This document shows, piece after piece, positions 10,978 to 20,145 of a stretch of 64,000 bases of DNA (positions are counted from its first letter, which is position 1; each line of letters starts with the position of its first letter). The translations under genes were made by a program, and so were the position numbers. The notes below the pieces were generated by a model. The model was not told where the DNA came from. It searched no databases and saw nothing but the letters and a program-made list of their open reading frames with translations. The stretch lies in the NCBI GenBank assembly GCA_032127875.1, contig JAQBHI010000158.1, positions 4,626 through 68,625 on the forward strand, in the 5' to 3' direction. The DNA comes from Acidobacteriota bacterium. GTDB lineage: Bacteria; Acidobacteriota; Vicinamibacteria; Fen-336.

Positions 10978-11781
10978 TCAGGCCCGCCTGAGCCTCACCG
11001 GGGCGCCTCGGGAGGCGCCCAGAACGCGGCTGGCACTACCCCGGTGAATCGCCACTTCGAGGCGCCGAGCACTGCCGGGAAGCGCACACGCTTCGCCCTC
11101 GGCCACGTCCGAATAGGTACGCGCGAGCGGCATGATGATGCCCTCGACCACGACCAACACCTCGGTCGGATCTCCGCCGAATTCCGCCAGAATCGCCGTG
11201 ACGTCCATCGCGGTGAAGGCCGTGATCAGGTTCCCGAAACGATCCACGTGAACGACCGGCGCCTCCCAGACGCGCTCGCCCACGAGGCGAGGCCTTGCCA
11301 CGGGAAACACGACCGGATCCCCAATCGCGGGGCCCACCTCGGACAGCGGCATGCCCCGGGCGAGCTGCGCCGCCACCGGCCCGAAGACATCGCGCGCGTG
11401 AAACGTCGGCGAGACGTCGGGGCGGAACAGGCCGGCGTTCGTGATCTCGTGAACCACCGCCTGCGGATGCTCGGACAGCACGAGCGTGAAGATGCCATTG
11501 TCGGGTCCGACGAAGAAGTAGCCGCCCGCCGCAAGTGCCAGGGCGCGACGCGACGAGCCGACGCCGGGGTCCACCACGCACAGGAACACGCAGCCGCCCG
11601 GGAAGGCGCGGTAGGCAGCCTCCAGGGCGTAAGCGCCCGCCTGCACGTCGTGCGCCGGTATCTCGTGAACGAGGTCCACGAGTCGAGCCTCCGGCTCGGC
11701 CGCGAGGATCGCGCCCTTCACGGCACCGACGTAGTGATCCCGCGTCCCGAAATCCGTGAGGAGCGCGACGATGGGCCGCAT
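10978..11781 (-). CDS. SAM hydroxide adenosyltransferase (DUF62; fluorinase/chlorinase-like fold).
   Basis: VALLTDFGTRDHYVGAVKGAIL N-terminal signature and a length of about 265 aa. Confidence 0.8.
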   Translation of the reverse strand: MRPIVALLTDFGTRDHYVGAVKGAILAAEPEARLVDLVHEIPAHDVQAGAYALEAAYRAFPGGCVFLCVVDPGVGSSRRALALAAGGYFFVGPDNGIFTLVLSEHPQAVVHEITNAGLFRPDVSPTFHARDVFGPVAAQLARGMPLSEVGPAIGDPVVFPVARPRLVGERVWEAPVVHVDRFGNLITAFTAMDVTAILAEFGGDPTEVLVVVEGIIMPLARTYSDVAEGEACALPGSARRLEVAIHRGSASRVLGASRGAPVRLRRA

Positions 11782-11822
11782 GCTGCGGTCGATTCTAACT
11801 CCAGCCGCCCTACAATGAAGGT

Positions 11823-12980
11823 GTGGAGCGCATCTATCTCGACCACAACGCGACGACGCCGCTCGATCCCCGGGTGCTGGAGGCGATGTTGCCAGTCTTG
11901 CGCGAGGGTTTCGGCAACGCCTCCAGCCTGCACTGGTTCGGTCAGCGAGCCCGCGCTACCGCAGAACAGGCGCGTGCACAAGTGGCCGCGCTGCTCGGCG
12001 CAGCGCCCGCCGAGATCGTCTTCACGGGCAGCGGCACGGAGGCCGACAACATGGCGCTGCGCGGGCTCGTCGCCGGCGCGGCCACAGGGCGACGCAGGTT
12101 GATATACGCGGCGATCGAGCATCACGCCGTCACGAACACGGCGCGGGCGCTCGCGGCCGAGGGCGTGCCGACCGTGAGCGTCCGGGCGACGGCGGATGGC
12201 CGGGTCGACCTCGACGAGCTGAACCGCGTCGTGGACGACGAGACGGCGGTCATCGCGCTGATGCTGGCGAACAACGAGACCGGCGTGATCCAGCCGCTCG
12301 CCGACGCAGTGCGCATCGCTCGCGCGCGCGGGGTGCTCGTCCACTGCGATGGCGTGCAGGCGGCCGGCAAGATTCCGTTGGATGTCGGCAGCCTCGATGT
12401 CGATACGCTGGCCGTCTCGGCCCACAAGCTGTACGGGCCGCAGGGCGTGGGGGCGCTCTACGTGAAGCGGGGTACGCGCCTGACGGCTCTCGTTCGAGGC
12501 GGCTCGCAGGAAAGGAACCGCCGGGCCGGAACCGAGAACGTGGCCGGCATCGCGGGCTTCGGCCGTGCGGCGCAGATCGCTCGAGCGGAACTTGGAAGCG
12601 AAGCGCCGCGGCTCGCCAGCTTGCGCGACCTTTTGGAGACCCGGCTGCTCGCGACACAGGGCTGCCGCCGCAACGGGGAGTTGGCGCGTGTTCCGAACAC
12701 CACCAGTCTCTCCTTCGAGGGCTGCGACGCGGAGAGCCTGCTGATGGCCCTCGATCTGGCCGGGGTCGCGGTCTCGACCGGCGCCGCGTGCGCCGCGGGA
12801 GCCATCGAGCCCTCGCACGTGTTGCGCGGCATGGGCTTGCCAGCGGGCCGTGTCCAGTCGTCGCTGCGCTTCTCGCTCGGACGTGGCACGACTCAAGCCG
12901 AGATCGACCGCGCCGCCCTGCTCGTGGAGGAGGCCGTGGCGCGCCAGCGCCGCCTCCGCGCCGTCAACTCAGCGCGTTGA
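11823..12980 (+). CDS. Cysteine desulfurase (NifS/IscS class V aminotransferase).
   Basis: IYLDHNATTP, SAHKLYGPQGVGALY (PLP Lys) and the catalytic Cys region GAACAAG. The start is a GTG. Confidence 0.9.
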   Translation: MERIYLDHNATTPLDPRVLEAMLPVLREGFGNASSLHWFGQRARATAEQARAQVAALLGAAPAEIVFTGSGTEADNMALRGLVAGAATGRRRLIYAAIEHHAVTNTARALAAEGVPTVSVRATADGRVDLDELNRVVDDETAVIALMLANNETGVIQPLADAVRIARARGVLVHCDGVQAAGKIPLDVGSLDVDTLAVSAHKLYGPQGVGALYVKRGTRLTALVRGGSQERNRRAGTENVAGIAGFGRAAQIARAELGSEAPRLASLRDLLETRLLATQGCRRNGELARVPNTTSLSFEGCDAESLLMALDLAGVAVSTGAACAAGAIEPSHVLRGMGLPAGRVQSSLRFSLGRGTTQAEIDRAALLVEEAVARQRRLRAVNSAR

Positions 12981-13021
12981 TTCGCCGCGCCGCGGGCGCA
13001 TAGAATCCGCGCGTTTCCGAA

Positions 13022-13307
13022 ATGTCCGAACCGGGAGCCGGACGCCGCGACGACGAGCCGTCGCAACGCCTCGGGTACAAGCCCGAGCTGAAGCGCAGCC
13101 TCGGTCTATTGGCCGGCTTCTCGATAGCGTTCTCGTACATCTCCTCTCGTGGGTAGCGCTCGTCTACGGAGTCGGGACGATCGTCAACCTGTGTGCTGGC
13201 CGCGGCCCGCCGACGCGCTGGCTTCCTGGCTCACGCTGGGTTCGGCACTCGCCATCGTGGTCCCGGGCCTGGTCATCGTCTTCACGCGGAAGTTGGACGC
13301 CGCCTGA
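13022..13307 (+). pseudogene. Internally deleted remnant of an APC-family amino-acid permease: N-terminal and C-terminal ends only, in different frames.
   Basis: The ATG at 13022 encodes MSEPGAGRRDDEPSQRLGYKPELKRSLGLLAGFSIAFSYIS and then hits a stop. A different frame encodes a permease-like C-terminus ...WLTLGSALAIVVPGLVIVFTRKLDAA* ending at 13307. Confidence 0.5.
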
Positions 13308-13486
13308 GGCGGGCGGAGTGGTTGGGGGGAGCGGCTCGCGCGCGGGGGGGGTGCGCGGGGCTCCGTTGCCAGAATCCGAGGACACCCAGGGGTAGAATTC
13401 GGGGAGGGCAGAGCAGAGGTTTCGGTACTGCGACCTCCGCATTTTTTCTTGACACACCCCCCCCGGAGCCACACAATTCGCCTACT

Positions 13487-14206
13487 ATGCGTGCCTTTTC
13501 GAAGACGCGAACGGTTATTTGTGCCCTGTCACTGTTTCTCGCTGGAAACGCAAGTCCCGCGCCAGGCAACCCGCCAATCGACTCGGCGACAGTGCTGAGG
13601 GGCGACGCGGTCGTTGGCGTGGATTCCCTTGGGAGAGTCCTCGTCGCGGTTGACGCAAGCCAGTCGGACGATCTCGTGGACTACTTCGCTCTGTTTACCG
13701 CATCGGATCGTCTGACCGGGCCGTGGTCTCGCCACCTGGAGCAGGCCGCGATCGTCGTGCACGGCAGGCGGCTCACCTTAGTATCGCCGCGTTCCTCCTT
13801 TGCCATGTCTCTCGCGTTGAAGGGCTCCGACAGGCCCGGCGAGAACCCGCAGGGTCCCTTCGAGGTCTTCCTTAACCATGACGGAATCGAGCTTGTGCAG
13901 TTCCCGGGTGAGTCGTCCGTACGCTTGGCAGATCTGACTGCAGCGGACATCCATTCCGGGTGGCCCGACGCTTTCTACTACGACGTCCTTTCTCCAGACA
14001 CCAAGTGTCCGCCGGATGACGATTGCAGTGCCGGCTCTTGCCCCTCCACAGGGTGCGGAATAGGTGGTTGTCCCAATATTCCCACGGGCTGCAACGTAGC
14101 ATGTTCCGGCTACACCTACTCCTGCTGCAAGTGCCTCTCGGGGAGCCAAATGTATGCGGTCTGCCGATGCAGGGTGTGTCCCCCCCCCGGCACCTGTCCT
14201 CAATAG
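13487..14206 (+). CDS. Orphan secreted protein with a C-terminal cysteine-rich module.
   Basis: Signal peptide MRAFSKTRTVICALSLFLAGNASPA. The last ~70 aa hold about 17 Cys (CPPDDDCSAGSCPSTGCGIGGCPNIPTGCNVACSGYTYSCCKC...CRCRVCPPPGTCPQ). GC is visibly lower than in flanking genes (codons such as tta, gta, aat, att). The track ORF 13193..14206 is trimmed. Confidence 0.6.
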   Translation: MRAFSKTRTVICALSLFLAGNASPAPGNPPIDSATVLRGDAVVGVDSLGRVLVAVDASQSDDLVDYFALFTASDRLTGPWSRHLEQAAIVVHGRRLTLVSPRSSFAMSLALKGSDRPGENPQGPFEVFLNHDGIELVQFPGESSVRLADLTAADIHSGWPDAFYYDVLSPDTKCPPDDDCSAGSCPSTGCGIGGCPNIPTGCNVACSGYTYSCCKCLSGSQMYAVCRCRVCPPPGTCPQ

Positions 14207-14951
14207 CCGTCAAGCAGGCTCAGGAGCGGGTGGCAGCGGTACACTGGCAGAGCGCCGAGTCCCCGGGGCGCTAAAGGCGTTGCGGCCCGAAGCTTCCCCC
14301 CGATCCTTGGTAAGACTCAGGACGACTCGGCCGCAGGCTTTTCGGCTTGGGCCGGCGGGATGAGGGCGTAAGGTTCGTTAAAGGGCTCGCGTTCCGCCAC
14401 ACGCCCCGTAGGGCGCCAGAGCGCGGAACGTACCCGAGAAACGAGGACACTACCCCGTCTCTTCCGCCCTCTCGCGACGGTCGCATCGTCTCGCATCCGT
14501 CGCGGCGCTCCCCGACCTCCTCACCGCGCGCCACGCGCCGCGACGGCGGTGCGTGCGCCGTGGCTTCCTCGGCGCAGCATCGTCGCGTCGCTTTCGTGAC
14601 GCCGATACGCGCCACCATGTAGCCGTTGGGCTGCTACTACGCTGCTACCAGAACGTGTCGCCGCACGCGGGCGAGACGGTTGTGCTACGCTGCCGTCGCG
14701 GATGAAGTCGCTGTCCTTCCTCGGCTTCGGCTCGCGTGGTCGCGGTCGCGCCCTGCTCCGCGGCTCCAATGAGAACGAGGCCAAGGGCGCGGACCTGGAC
14801 TGAAGCTCAAGATTCCGAGCTCGGAGCCACCTCCGGATTGTACGGCGCGTCACTGACGCGTCACGCCCATCCTTGACTAACACTAAGTACTAAGCCACAA
14901 GGCAGCGAGTGGCGGGATTCACTCCCGACACGAGCGGCGTGGGGGGAGCAC

Positions 14952-15818
14952 CTACGGCACCTGCTCCTCGGCGTGGAACGAGGAGCGCACCAGCGGGCCC
15001 GACTCCACGTGCCCGAAGCCCAGCCCCAGCGCGAACCTGCGCAGCGAGGCGAACTCCTCGGGCGTGTAGTAACGCTGGAGCGGCAGATGCTCGAGGCTGG
15101 GGCGAAGGTACTGTCCCACCGTGAGAATGTCGGCGCCAGAGCTTCGGATCGCACGGATGCAATCCTCGACCTCGCCCCACTCCTCGCCCAGGCCGAGCAT
15201 GATCCCACTCTTGGTCAGCAGGCCAGCCTGCTTGGAACGGCGCAGCAATTCGAGCGAGCGTTCGAAGCGGGCGCCGGGCCGGACCTGGCGGTACAGGCGC
15301 GGCACGGTTTCGGTATTGTGGTTCAGGATCTCGGGCCGCGCGGAGATCACGACAGCGAGCGCCTGCCAGTCGCCCTTGAAGTCAGGGATCAGCACTTCGA
15401 CGGCACACCCCGGAAGTCGGGCCCGGATCTCGCGAATGCAGGCGGCGAAAATGGCCGCGCCACCGTCGCGCTGATCGTCGCGATTCACGGAGGTGATCAC
15501 GGCGTGCCGCAGGCCCATTCGGGCCACGGCGTCGGCGACGCGACCCGGCTCTCCGGCATCGGGCGCCTGGCCGGGCAGTCCGGTCTTGACGGCGCAAAAT
15601 CCGCAGGCGCGCGTGCAGACGTCGCCCAGAATCATGAAAGTGGCCGTGCCCCGGTTCCAGCAATCGCCCAGGTTCGGACACCGCGCCTCCTCGCAAACGG
15701 TGTGGAGGCCCAACTCCCGCATCACGCCGGTGAGCCGGTCGTAGTTGGGGCCGCCGGGGGCTCGAGCCTTGATCCAGGCGGGGCGAGGGAGGAGCGGAAG
15801 CGGAGTCGAGAGGCTCAT
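14952..15818 (-). CDS. lipA: Lipoyl synthase.
   Basis: Radical-SAM CxxxCxxC ([10 protein letters not shown]) plus an N-terminal Cys cluster ([12 protein letters not shown]). About 288 aa. Confidence 0.9.
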   Translation of the reverse strand: MSLSTPLPLLPRPAWIKARAPGGPNYDRLTGVMRELGLHTVCEEARCPNLGDCWNRGTATFMILGDVCTRACGFCAVKTGLPGQAPDAGEPGRVADAVARMGLRHAVITSVNRDDQRDGGAAIFAACIREIRARLPGCAVEVLIPDFKGDWQALAVVISARPEILNHNTETVPRLYRQVRPGARFERSLELLRRSKQAGLLTKSGIMLGLGEEWGEVEDCIRAIRSSGADILTVGQYLRPSLEHLPLQRYYTPEEFASLRRFALGLGFGHVESGPLVRSSFHAEEQVP

Positions 15819-15831
15819 GCGGCGGCTCTAG

Positions 15832-16125
15832 CTATTCCTCGTCGGTCCCGTCGTCGTCGTCACCATCGTCATCATCGTCATCGTCGTCGTAGTCCTCGGG
15901 CTCGTCCCAGCGAACCTTGTCCGCTTGCTCTTCCTTCTTGCCCTCCGCGTCGTCCTCCTCGTCTTCGTCCGCGTCTTCGCCCTCGTCATCGTCATCGTCA
16001 TCGTCGTCATCGTCGTCGTCTGCCACTGCCGTATCGTCGGCGATGGCGTCGTCGTCAACGACGACGTCGTCTTCCGAGGCGTTCTCGTCGTCATCGACCA
16101 GCCGCAGGGTGCGACCTTCGCTCAC
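15832..16125 (-). CDS. Hyper-acidic poly-Asp/Glu protein.
   Basis: The GTG at 16125 follows AGGAGG after a 4-nt spacer. The 97-aa product is about 60% D/E (…DDDDDDDDDDDDEGEDADEDEEDD…DYDDDDDDDDGDDDDG). It is 14 nt upstream of lipA on the same strand. The track ORF is trimmed. Confidence 0.55.
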   Translation of the reverse strand: MSEGRTLRLVDDDENASEDDVVVDDDAIADDTAVADDDDDDDDDDDDEGEDADEDEEDDAEGKKEEQADKVRWDEPEDYDDDDDDDDGDDDDGTDEE

Positions 16126-16213
16126 GGTGCCTCCTAATCCGTTGTCCGGTTTCAACGTAGCACGAAACTTTCGATTCCGTATTATGCTCTCGGCGCACGG
16201 CAATGGAGAGCGC

Positions 16214-16834
16214 ATGATCATCGTCTGCCCGAGTTGCTCGGCTCGTTACAAGTTCGACGAAACCAAGCTCGGCGACCGGCCCAGCGCCCGCACGAAGTGC
16301 GCCAAATGCGGCAACGCCATCGATATCGACAACCCGCTGCTGGGGGCCATGACCCTGCCGCCCGGCGCGTTGCCGGCAACAGCATCGCCGCCCCCGGCAG
16401 CCGCTCCGGCCGAGCCACCACCAGCGAGCGAGAAGATCAAGACGCAGGCGCGCCGCATCCCCGGTGTCGCCCCGGAAGACGCGACCTCGACCGGCAGGGA
16501 TCTCTTCAAGGCGGGGCTCGTCGAACTGCCCAGGGACAAGCGCTATTCGCTGGCGGTGCTGCAGGGCGTCTCCACCGGCCAGATCTTCCCGCTCACCAAG
16601 GTCCGGAACACGATCGGACGGGCAGGCGCGGACGTCATAATTGACGACGCGGAGGCTTCGCGCGTGCACGCAGCTGTGGAGATCCTGGGCGAGCACGCGA
16701 TTTTGCGCGACCTGGGATCGACGAACGGCACCTTCGTGGAGATGGACCGCATCGAGCAGCACGTGCTCAACAACCACAACGAGTTCCGGATCGGCAGCCA
16801 CGTGCTGATGTTCATCGTCACCGAGGTCGAATAG
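16214..16834 (+). CDS. Zinc-ribbon plus FHA domain protein.
   Basis: MIIVCPSCSARYKF...CAKCGN is an MJ0042-type zinc ribbon. The C-terminal FHA blocks include TIGRAGADVII, SRVHAAV, GSTNGTFV and FRIGSHVLMF. GGAG sits 5 nt before the ATG. Confidence 0.8.
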   Translation: MIIVCPSCSARYKFDETKLGDRPSARTKCAKCGNAIDIDNPLLGAMTLPPGALPATASPPPAAAPAEPPPASEKIKTQARRIPGVAPEDATSTGRDLFKAGLVELPRDKRYSLAVLQGVSTGQIFPLTKVRNTIGRAGADVIIDDAEASRVHAAVEILGEHAILRDLGSTNGTFVEMDRIEQHVLNNHNEFRIGSHVLMFIVTEVE

Positions 16835-16891
16835 CTGGCCGACACCGGCGACGTCGACATCGAGGCCTTCCGAGCCGAGGCGCACCGTTTC

Positions 16892-18268
16892 GTGGACTGG
16901 ATCGCCCGTTACCTCGTCGAGGGCGAGCGACTGCCGGTGTTGTCGCGGGTCCGGCCGGGTGAAGTGCGGGCCGGCTTTCCAAACACACCTCCCGAACAGG
17001 CCGAGCCCCTCCACCAGCTGCTGGGCGACGTCGAGCGGCTGATCGTCCCGGGCCTCACGCACTGGAACCATCCCGGTTTCTTCGCCTACTTCGCCAACTC
17101 CTCTTCCGCTCCCGGGATCCTGGGCGAGATGCTGGCGGCGACCTTCAACGCCAACGCCATGCTCTGGAAGACGTCGCCCGCCGCGACGGAGCTCGAGCTC
17201 GTGGTGCTCGACTGGCTGCGCCAGATGCTGGGGCTTCCGGCCGGGTTGTTCGGCGTGATCCAGGACACGGCGTCGGCATCGACGCTCGTGGCGCTCGCGG
17301 CGGCTCGCGAGGCCGTGCCCGGGCTCGAGGCGCGACGCCGGGGCCTGGTAGGCCAGGCCCGCCTCAGGATGTACGCCTCTGATCAGGCGCACTCGTCCGT
17401 CGAGAAGGCCGGCATCGTGCTCGGCATCGGACAGGACGGCTTCCGCGCGATCTCGAGCGATGCCGCCTTCCGCATGGACCCACGGGCTCTCGCCGCGGCG
17501 ATCGCGCAGGACCGCGCGGCAGGCTTCACGCCTTTCGCCGTCACCGCGACGACCGGCACCACCTCGACAACCAGTATCGACCCCGTTCCCGAAATCGCCG
17601 AGATCTGCGAGCGCGAGAGCCTGTGGCTGCACGTCGACGCCGCGTACGGCGGATCGGCAGCGGTGGCGCCGGAGTTGCGCTTCGTGCTCGCGGGGGCCGA
17701 GCGCGCCGACTCGATCGTGGTGAACCCGCACAAGTGGTTGTTCGTGCCGGTGGATCTCTCCGTCCTCTATACGCCGCGGCCCGAGCTCGTGAGGCGCGCG
17801 TTCAGCCTCGTGCCGGACTACCTGCGCACGGCGGAGGAGGACGTCGCCCCCAATCTCATGGACTACGGCGTGAGCCTGGGCCGGCGCTTCCGCGCCTTGA
17901 AGCTGTGGATGGTGGTTCGCGCCTTCGGCCACGAGGGTCTGGCCGCGCGCATCCGCGAGCACGTGCGCCTGGCGCAGTTGTTTCGCGCCTGGCTCGAGGC
18001 CGATCCGGTGTTCGAGATCCAGGCGCCGTCGCCGCTCTCCGTCGTCTGCTTCAGGGCCCGCTTCGCGGGCGTTTCGGAGCCCGAGGTCGACCGGCGCAAC
18101 GAGGCCGTGATGGAGCGCGTCAACGCCACGGGCGAGGCCTATCTCTCGCACACCCGGCTGGCGGGCCGGACCGTGCTGCGGCTGGCCGTGGGCAACATCC
18201 GCACCGAGCAGCGGCATGTGCGGCGCGCCTACGAGCGGCTGCGCGAGGCAGCGCTCGCGCTCACATGA
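16892..18268 (+). CDS. Pyridoxal-dependent (group II, aromatic-L-amino-acid / DDC-like) decarboxylase.
   Basis: NPHKWLFVPVD is the PLP-Lys motif, and HWNHPGFFAYF and the DDC N-terminal block are present. The conserved N-terminus actually begins at 16835, immediately after the FHA-gene TAG and in the same frame. Confidence 0.85.
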   Translation: MDWIARYLVEGERLPVLSRVRPGEVRAGFPNTPPEQAEPLHQLLGDVERLIVPGLTHWNHPGFFAYFANSSSAPGILGEMLAATFNANAMLWKTSPAATELELVVLDWLRQMLGLPAGLFGVIQDTASASTLVALAAAREAVPGLEARRRGLVGQARLRMYASDQAHSSVEKAGIVLGIGQDGFRAISSDAAFRMDPRALAAAIAQDRAAGFTPFAVTATTGTTSTTSIDPVPEIAEICERESLWLHVDAAYGGSAAVAPELRFVLAGAERADSIVVNPHKWLFVPVDLSVLYTPRPELVRRAFSLVPDYLRTAEEDVAPNLMDYGVSLGRRFRALKLWMVVRAFGHEGLAARIREHVRLAQLFRAWLEADPVFEIQAPSPLSVVCFRARFAGVSEPEVDRRNEAVMERVNATGEAYLSHTRLAGRTVLRLAVGNIRTEQRHVRRAYERLREAALALT

Positions 18269-19035
18269 AGCTCGCCACATGGAACGTCAACTCGATTCGC
18301 GCCCGTGAGCAACGCCTGCTCGCCTGGCTCGCCGCGCACCAGCCGGACGTGCTGTGTCTGCAGGAGTTGAAGGTCGCCGACGAGGCCTTCCCGTACGAGG
18401 CACTTCGCGGCGCGGGCTATCACGCCGCAGTGCATGGCCAGAAGACCTACAACGGCGTCGCGATCCTCTCGCGCGTTCCGGCCGAGGACGTGAGGCGCGG
18501 CCTCGGCGATGGCGGCGACGATGCGCAGTCACGGCTCATCTCGGCGCGTATCTCCGACGTGCGCGTGTTGTCCGCCTACTTCCCAAACGGCGGCGAGGTC
18601 GGCTCGGACAAGTGGCTCTTCAAGCTCGAGTGGATGAAGCGACTCCGCGGCTACATGGACTGCCATGCTCCGAACGAGCGCCTCGCCCTTTGCGGCGATT
18701 TCAACGTGGCCCCCGAGGAGCGCGACGTCCACGACCCCAAGGCCTGGGAGGGCACGGTCCTGTTCCACCCGGAGGTGCGCTCGGCGCTCGAAGCGATTCG
18801 CGCCTGGGGGTTCGTGGACAGCTTCCGCCTGCACCACGCCGAGGCCGGACGCTTTTCCTGGTGGGACTATCGGATGCTGGCGTTTCCGAAGAACAACGGC
18901 CTGCGCATCGACCACATCTTCGCGAGCGCGCCGCTCGCGAAGAGTTGCGTCGCGGCCTCGATCGATCGCGAGCAGCGCAAGGGCAAGCAGCCCTCGGACC
19001 ACGCCCCGGTGCTGGCGGAATTCCAGGCCGCCTGA
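18265..19035 (+). CDS. xthA: Exodeoxyribonuclease III.
   Basis: [12 protein letters not shown]...LCLQE...DHAPV are EEP nuclease motifs. Its ATG overlaps the decarboxylase stop (ATGA). Confidence 0.9.
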   Translation: MKLATWNVNSIRAREQRLLAWLAAHQPDVLCLQELKVADEAFPYEALRGAGYHAAVHGQKTYNGVAILSRVPAEDVRRGLGDGGDDAQSRLISARISDVRVLSAYFPNGGEVGSDKWLFKLEWMKRLRGYMDCHAPNERLALCGDFNVAPEERDVHDPKAWEGTVLFHPEVRSALEAIRAWGFVDSFRLHHAEAGRFSWWDYRMLAFPKNNGLRIDHIFASAPLAKSCVAASIDREQRKGKQPSDHAPVLAEFQAA

Positions 19036-19073
19036 GATCGGCCGTGTTCCGCGAAGCGCCTTATACTGAAGCC

Positions 19074-20141
19074 GTGCGTGTCGTCGTCGCGATGTCGGGA
19101 GGGGTCGATTCCTCGGTGGCCGCCGCGCTGCTCAAGGACGAGGGCCACGAGGTCGTCGGGATCTCGATGCAGCTCCACGACCAGAGCCAGGGCGTGGGTG
19201 CTTCCTTCGGGCGTTGTTGCGCACTCGACGACCTGCACGACGCCAAGGCCGTGGCGGGGCGCCTGGGGATTCCCCACTACGTGATGAGCCTGGAGCGCTC
19301 GTTCCACGACGGCGTGCTGTCGCCTTTCGTCAAGGACTACCTGGAGGGCCGCACGCCCTTGCCCTGCGCGCACTGCAACACGGAGGTGAAGTTCGAGAGC
19401 CTGGTGGCGCGCACCCGCGAGCTGGGCGTCGCTCACGTCGCGACGGGCCACTACGCGCGCAAGTGCTTCGCTCCCGCGACGGGCCGGAACGTGCTGCTTC
19501 GAGGCCTCGATCACAACAAGGACCAGTCGTACTTCCTGTTCGGGCTGACTCAGGAGCAGCTTGGCACCGCGCTGTTTCCGGTCGGGGGGCTTGAGAAGTC
19601 CGAAGTACGACGCCTCGCCGCAGAGCGCGGCCTGCCGACCGCCGACAAGGCCGAGAGCATGGAGATCTGCTTCGTGCCCGATGGCGACTACGCCGGCTTC
19701 GTCGAGCGGCAGTCGCCTGCCGCCGACCGCTCGGGCCCGATCGTCGACGCCGCGGGCCGCGTCGTCGGCCAGCACCAAGGCATCCATCGCTTCACCGTGG
19801 GCCAGCGCAAGGGGCTCGGGCTCACCACACCCACGCCACGCTACGTCCTGCGCGTGATCCCCGAGTCGCGCACCGTCGTGGTCGGAGAAGAGCCGGAGCT
19901 CGAGGGCACGACACTCGTTGCACGCGGCGTGAACTGGCTCTCGATCGAGGAGCCCGTGGACGAGCTTCGTGCCCAGGTGCGGATCCGCTATCGACATGCC
20001 GAAGCGCCGGCCGCGATCACGCCGCTCGGCGAAGGCCGCGTGCGCGTCGACTTCGATGCGCCGCAACGCGCCATCACGCCAGGCCAGGCGGCAGTCTTCT
20101 ACGACGGCCAGATCTGCCTCGGGGGCGGCTGGATCGAGTAG
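19074..20141 (+). CDS. mnmA: tRNA-specific 2-thiouridylase MnmA.
   Basis: [15 protein letters not shown] is the PP-loop. CAHCN, two catalytic Cys and the length all fit MnmA. The start is set at the GTG at 19074; 19044 is an alternative. Confidence 0.9.
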   Translation: MRVVVAMSGGVDSSVAAALLKDEGHEVVGISMQLHDQSQGVGASFGRCCALDDLHDAKAVAGRLGIPHYVMSLERSFHDGVLSPFVKDYLEGRTPLPCAHCNTEVKFESLVARTRELGVAHVATGHYARKCFAPATGRNVLLRGLDHNKDQSYFLFGLTQEQLGTALFPVGGLEKSEVRRLAAERGLPTADKAESMEICFVPDGDYAGFVERQSPAADRSGPIVDAAGRVVGQHQGIHRFTVGQRKGLGLTTPTPRYVLRVIPESRTVVVGEEPELEGTTLVARGVNWLSIEEPVDELRAQVRIRYRHAEAPAAITPLGEGRVRVDFDAPQRAITPGQAAVFYDGQICLGGGWIE

Positions 20142-20145
20142 CCGC

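Noticed and set aside
13449-13488. TTGACA … TACTAT upstream of the Cys-rich gene as a sigma70 promoter.
   Set aside because: The spacing is about 28 bp and the TACTAT overlaps the ATG. This is not a credible -35/-10 pair.
14700-14810. 36-codon ORF MKSLSFLGFGSRGRGRALLRGSNENEAKGADLD in the lipA-proximal gap as a RiPP or leader peptide.
   Set aside because: No RBS and no neighbouring modification or export genes. It is indistinguishable from chance in 70% GC DNA. It is kept only as part of the non-coding-tract finding.
15840-16120. GAC/GAT triplet repeat tract as a CRISPR array or microsatellite.
   Set aside because: The units are irregular triplets with no spacer structure. They maintain a single frame behind a strong RBS, so they are interpreted as a coding poly-Asp run.
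16091-18280. 729-aa minus-strand ORF.
   Set aside because: Arg/Gly-rich antisense translation of the decarboxylase and FHA genes. It has no motifs, which is typical of a high-GC artefact.
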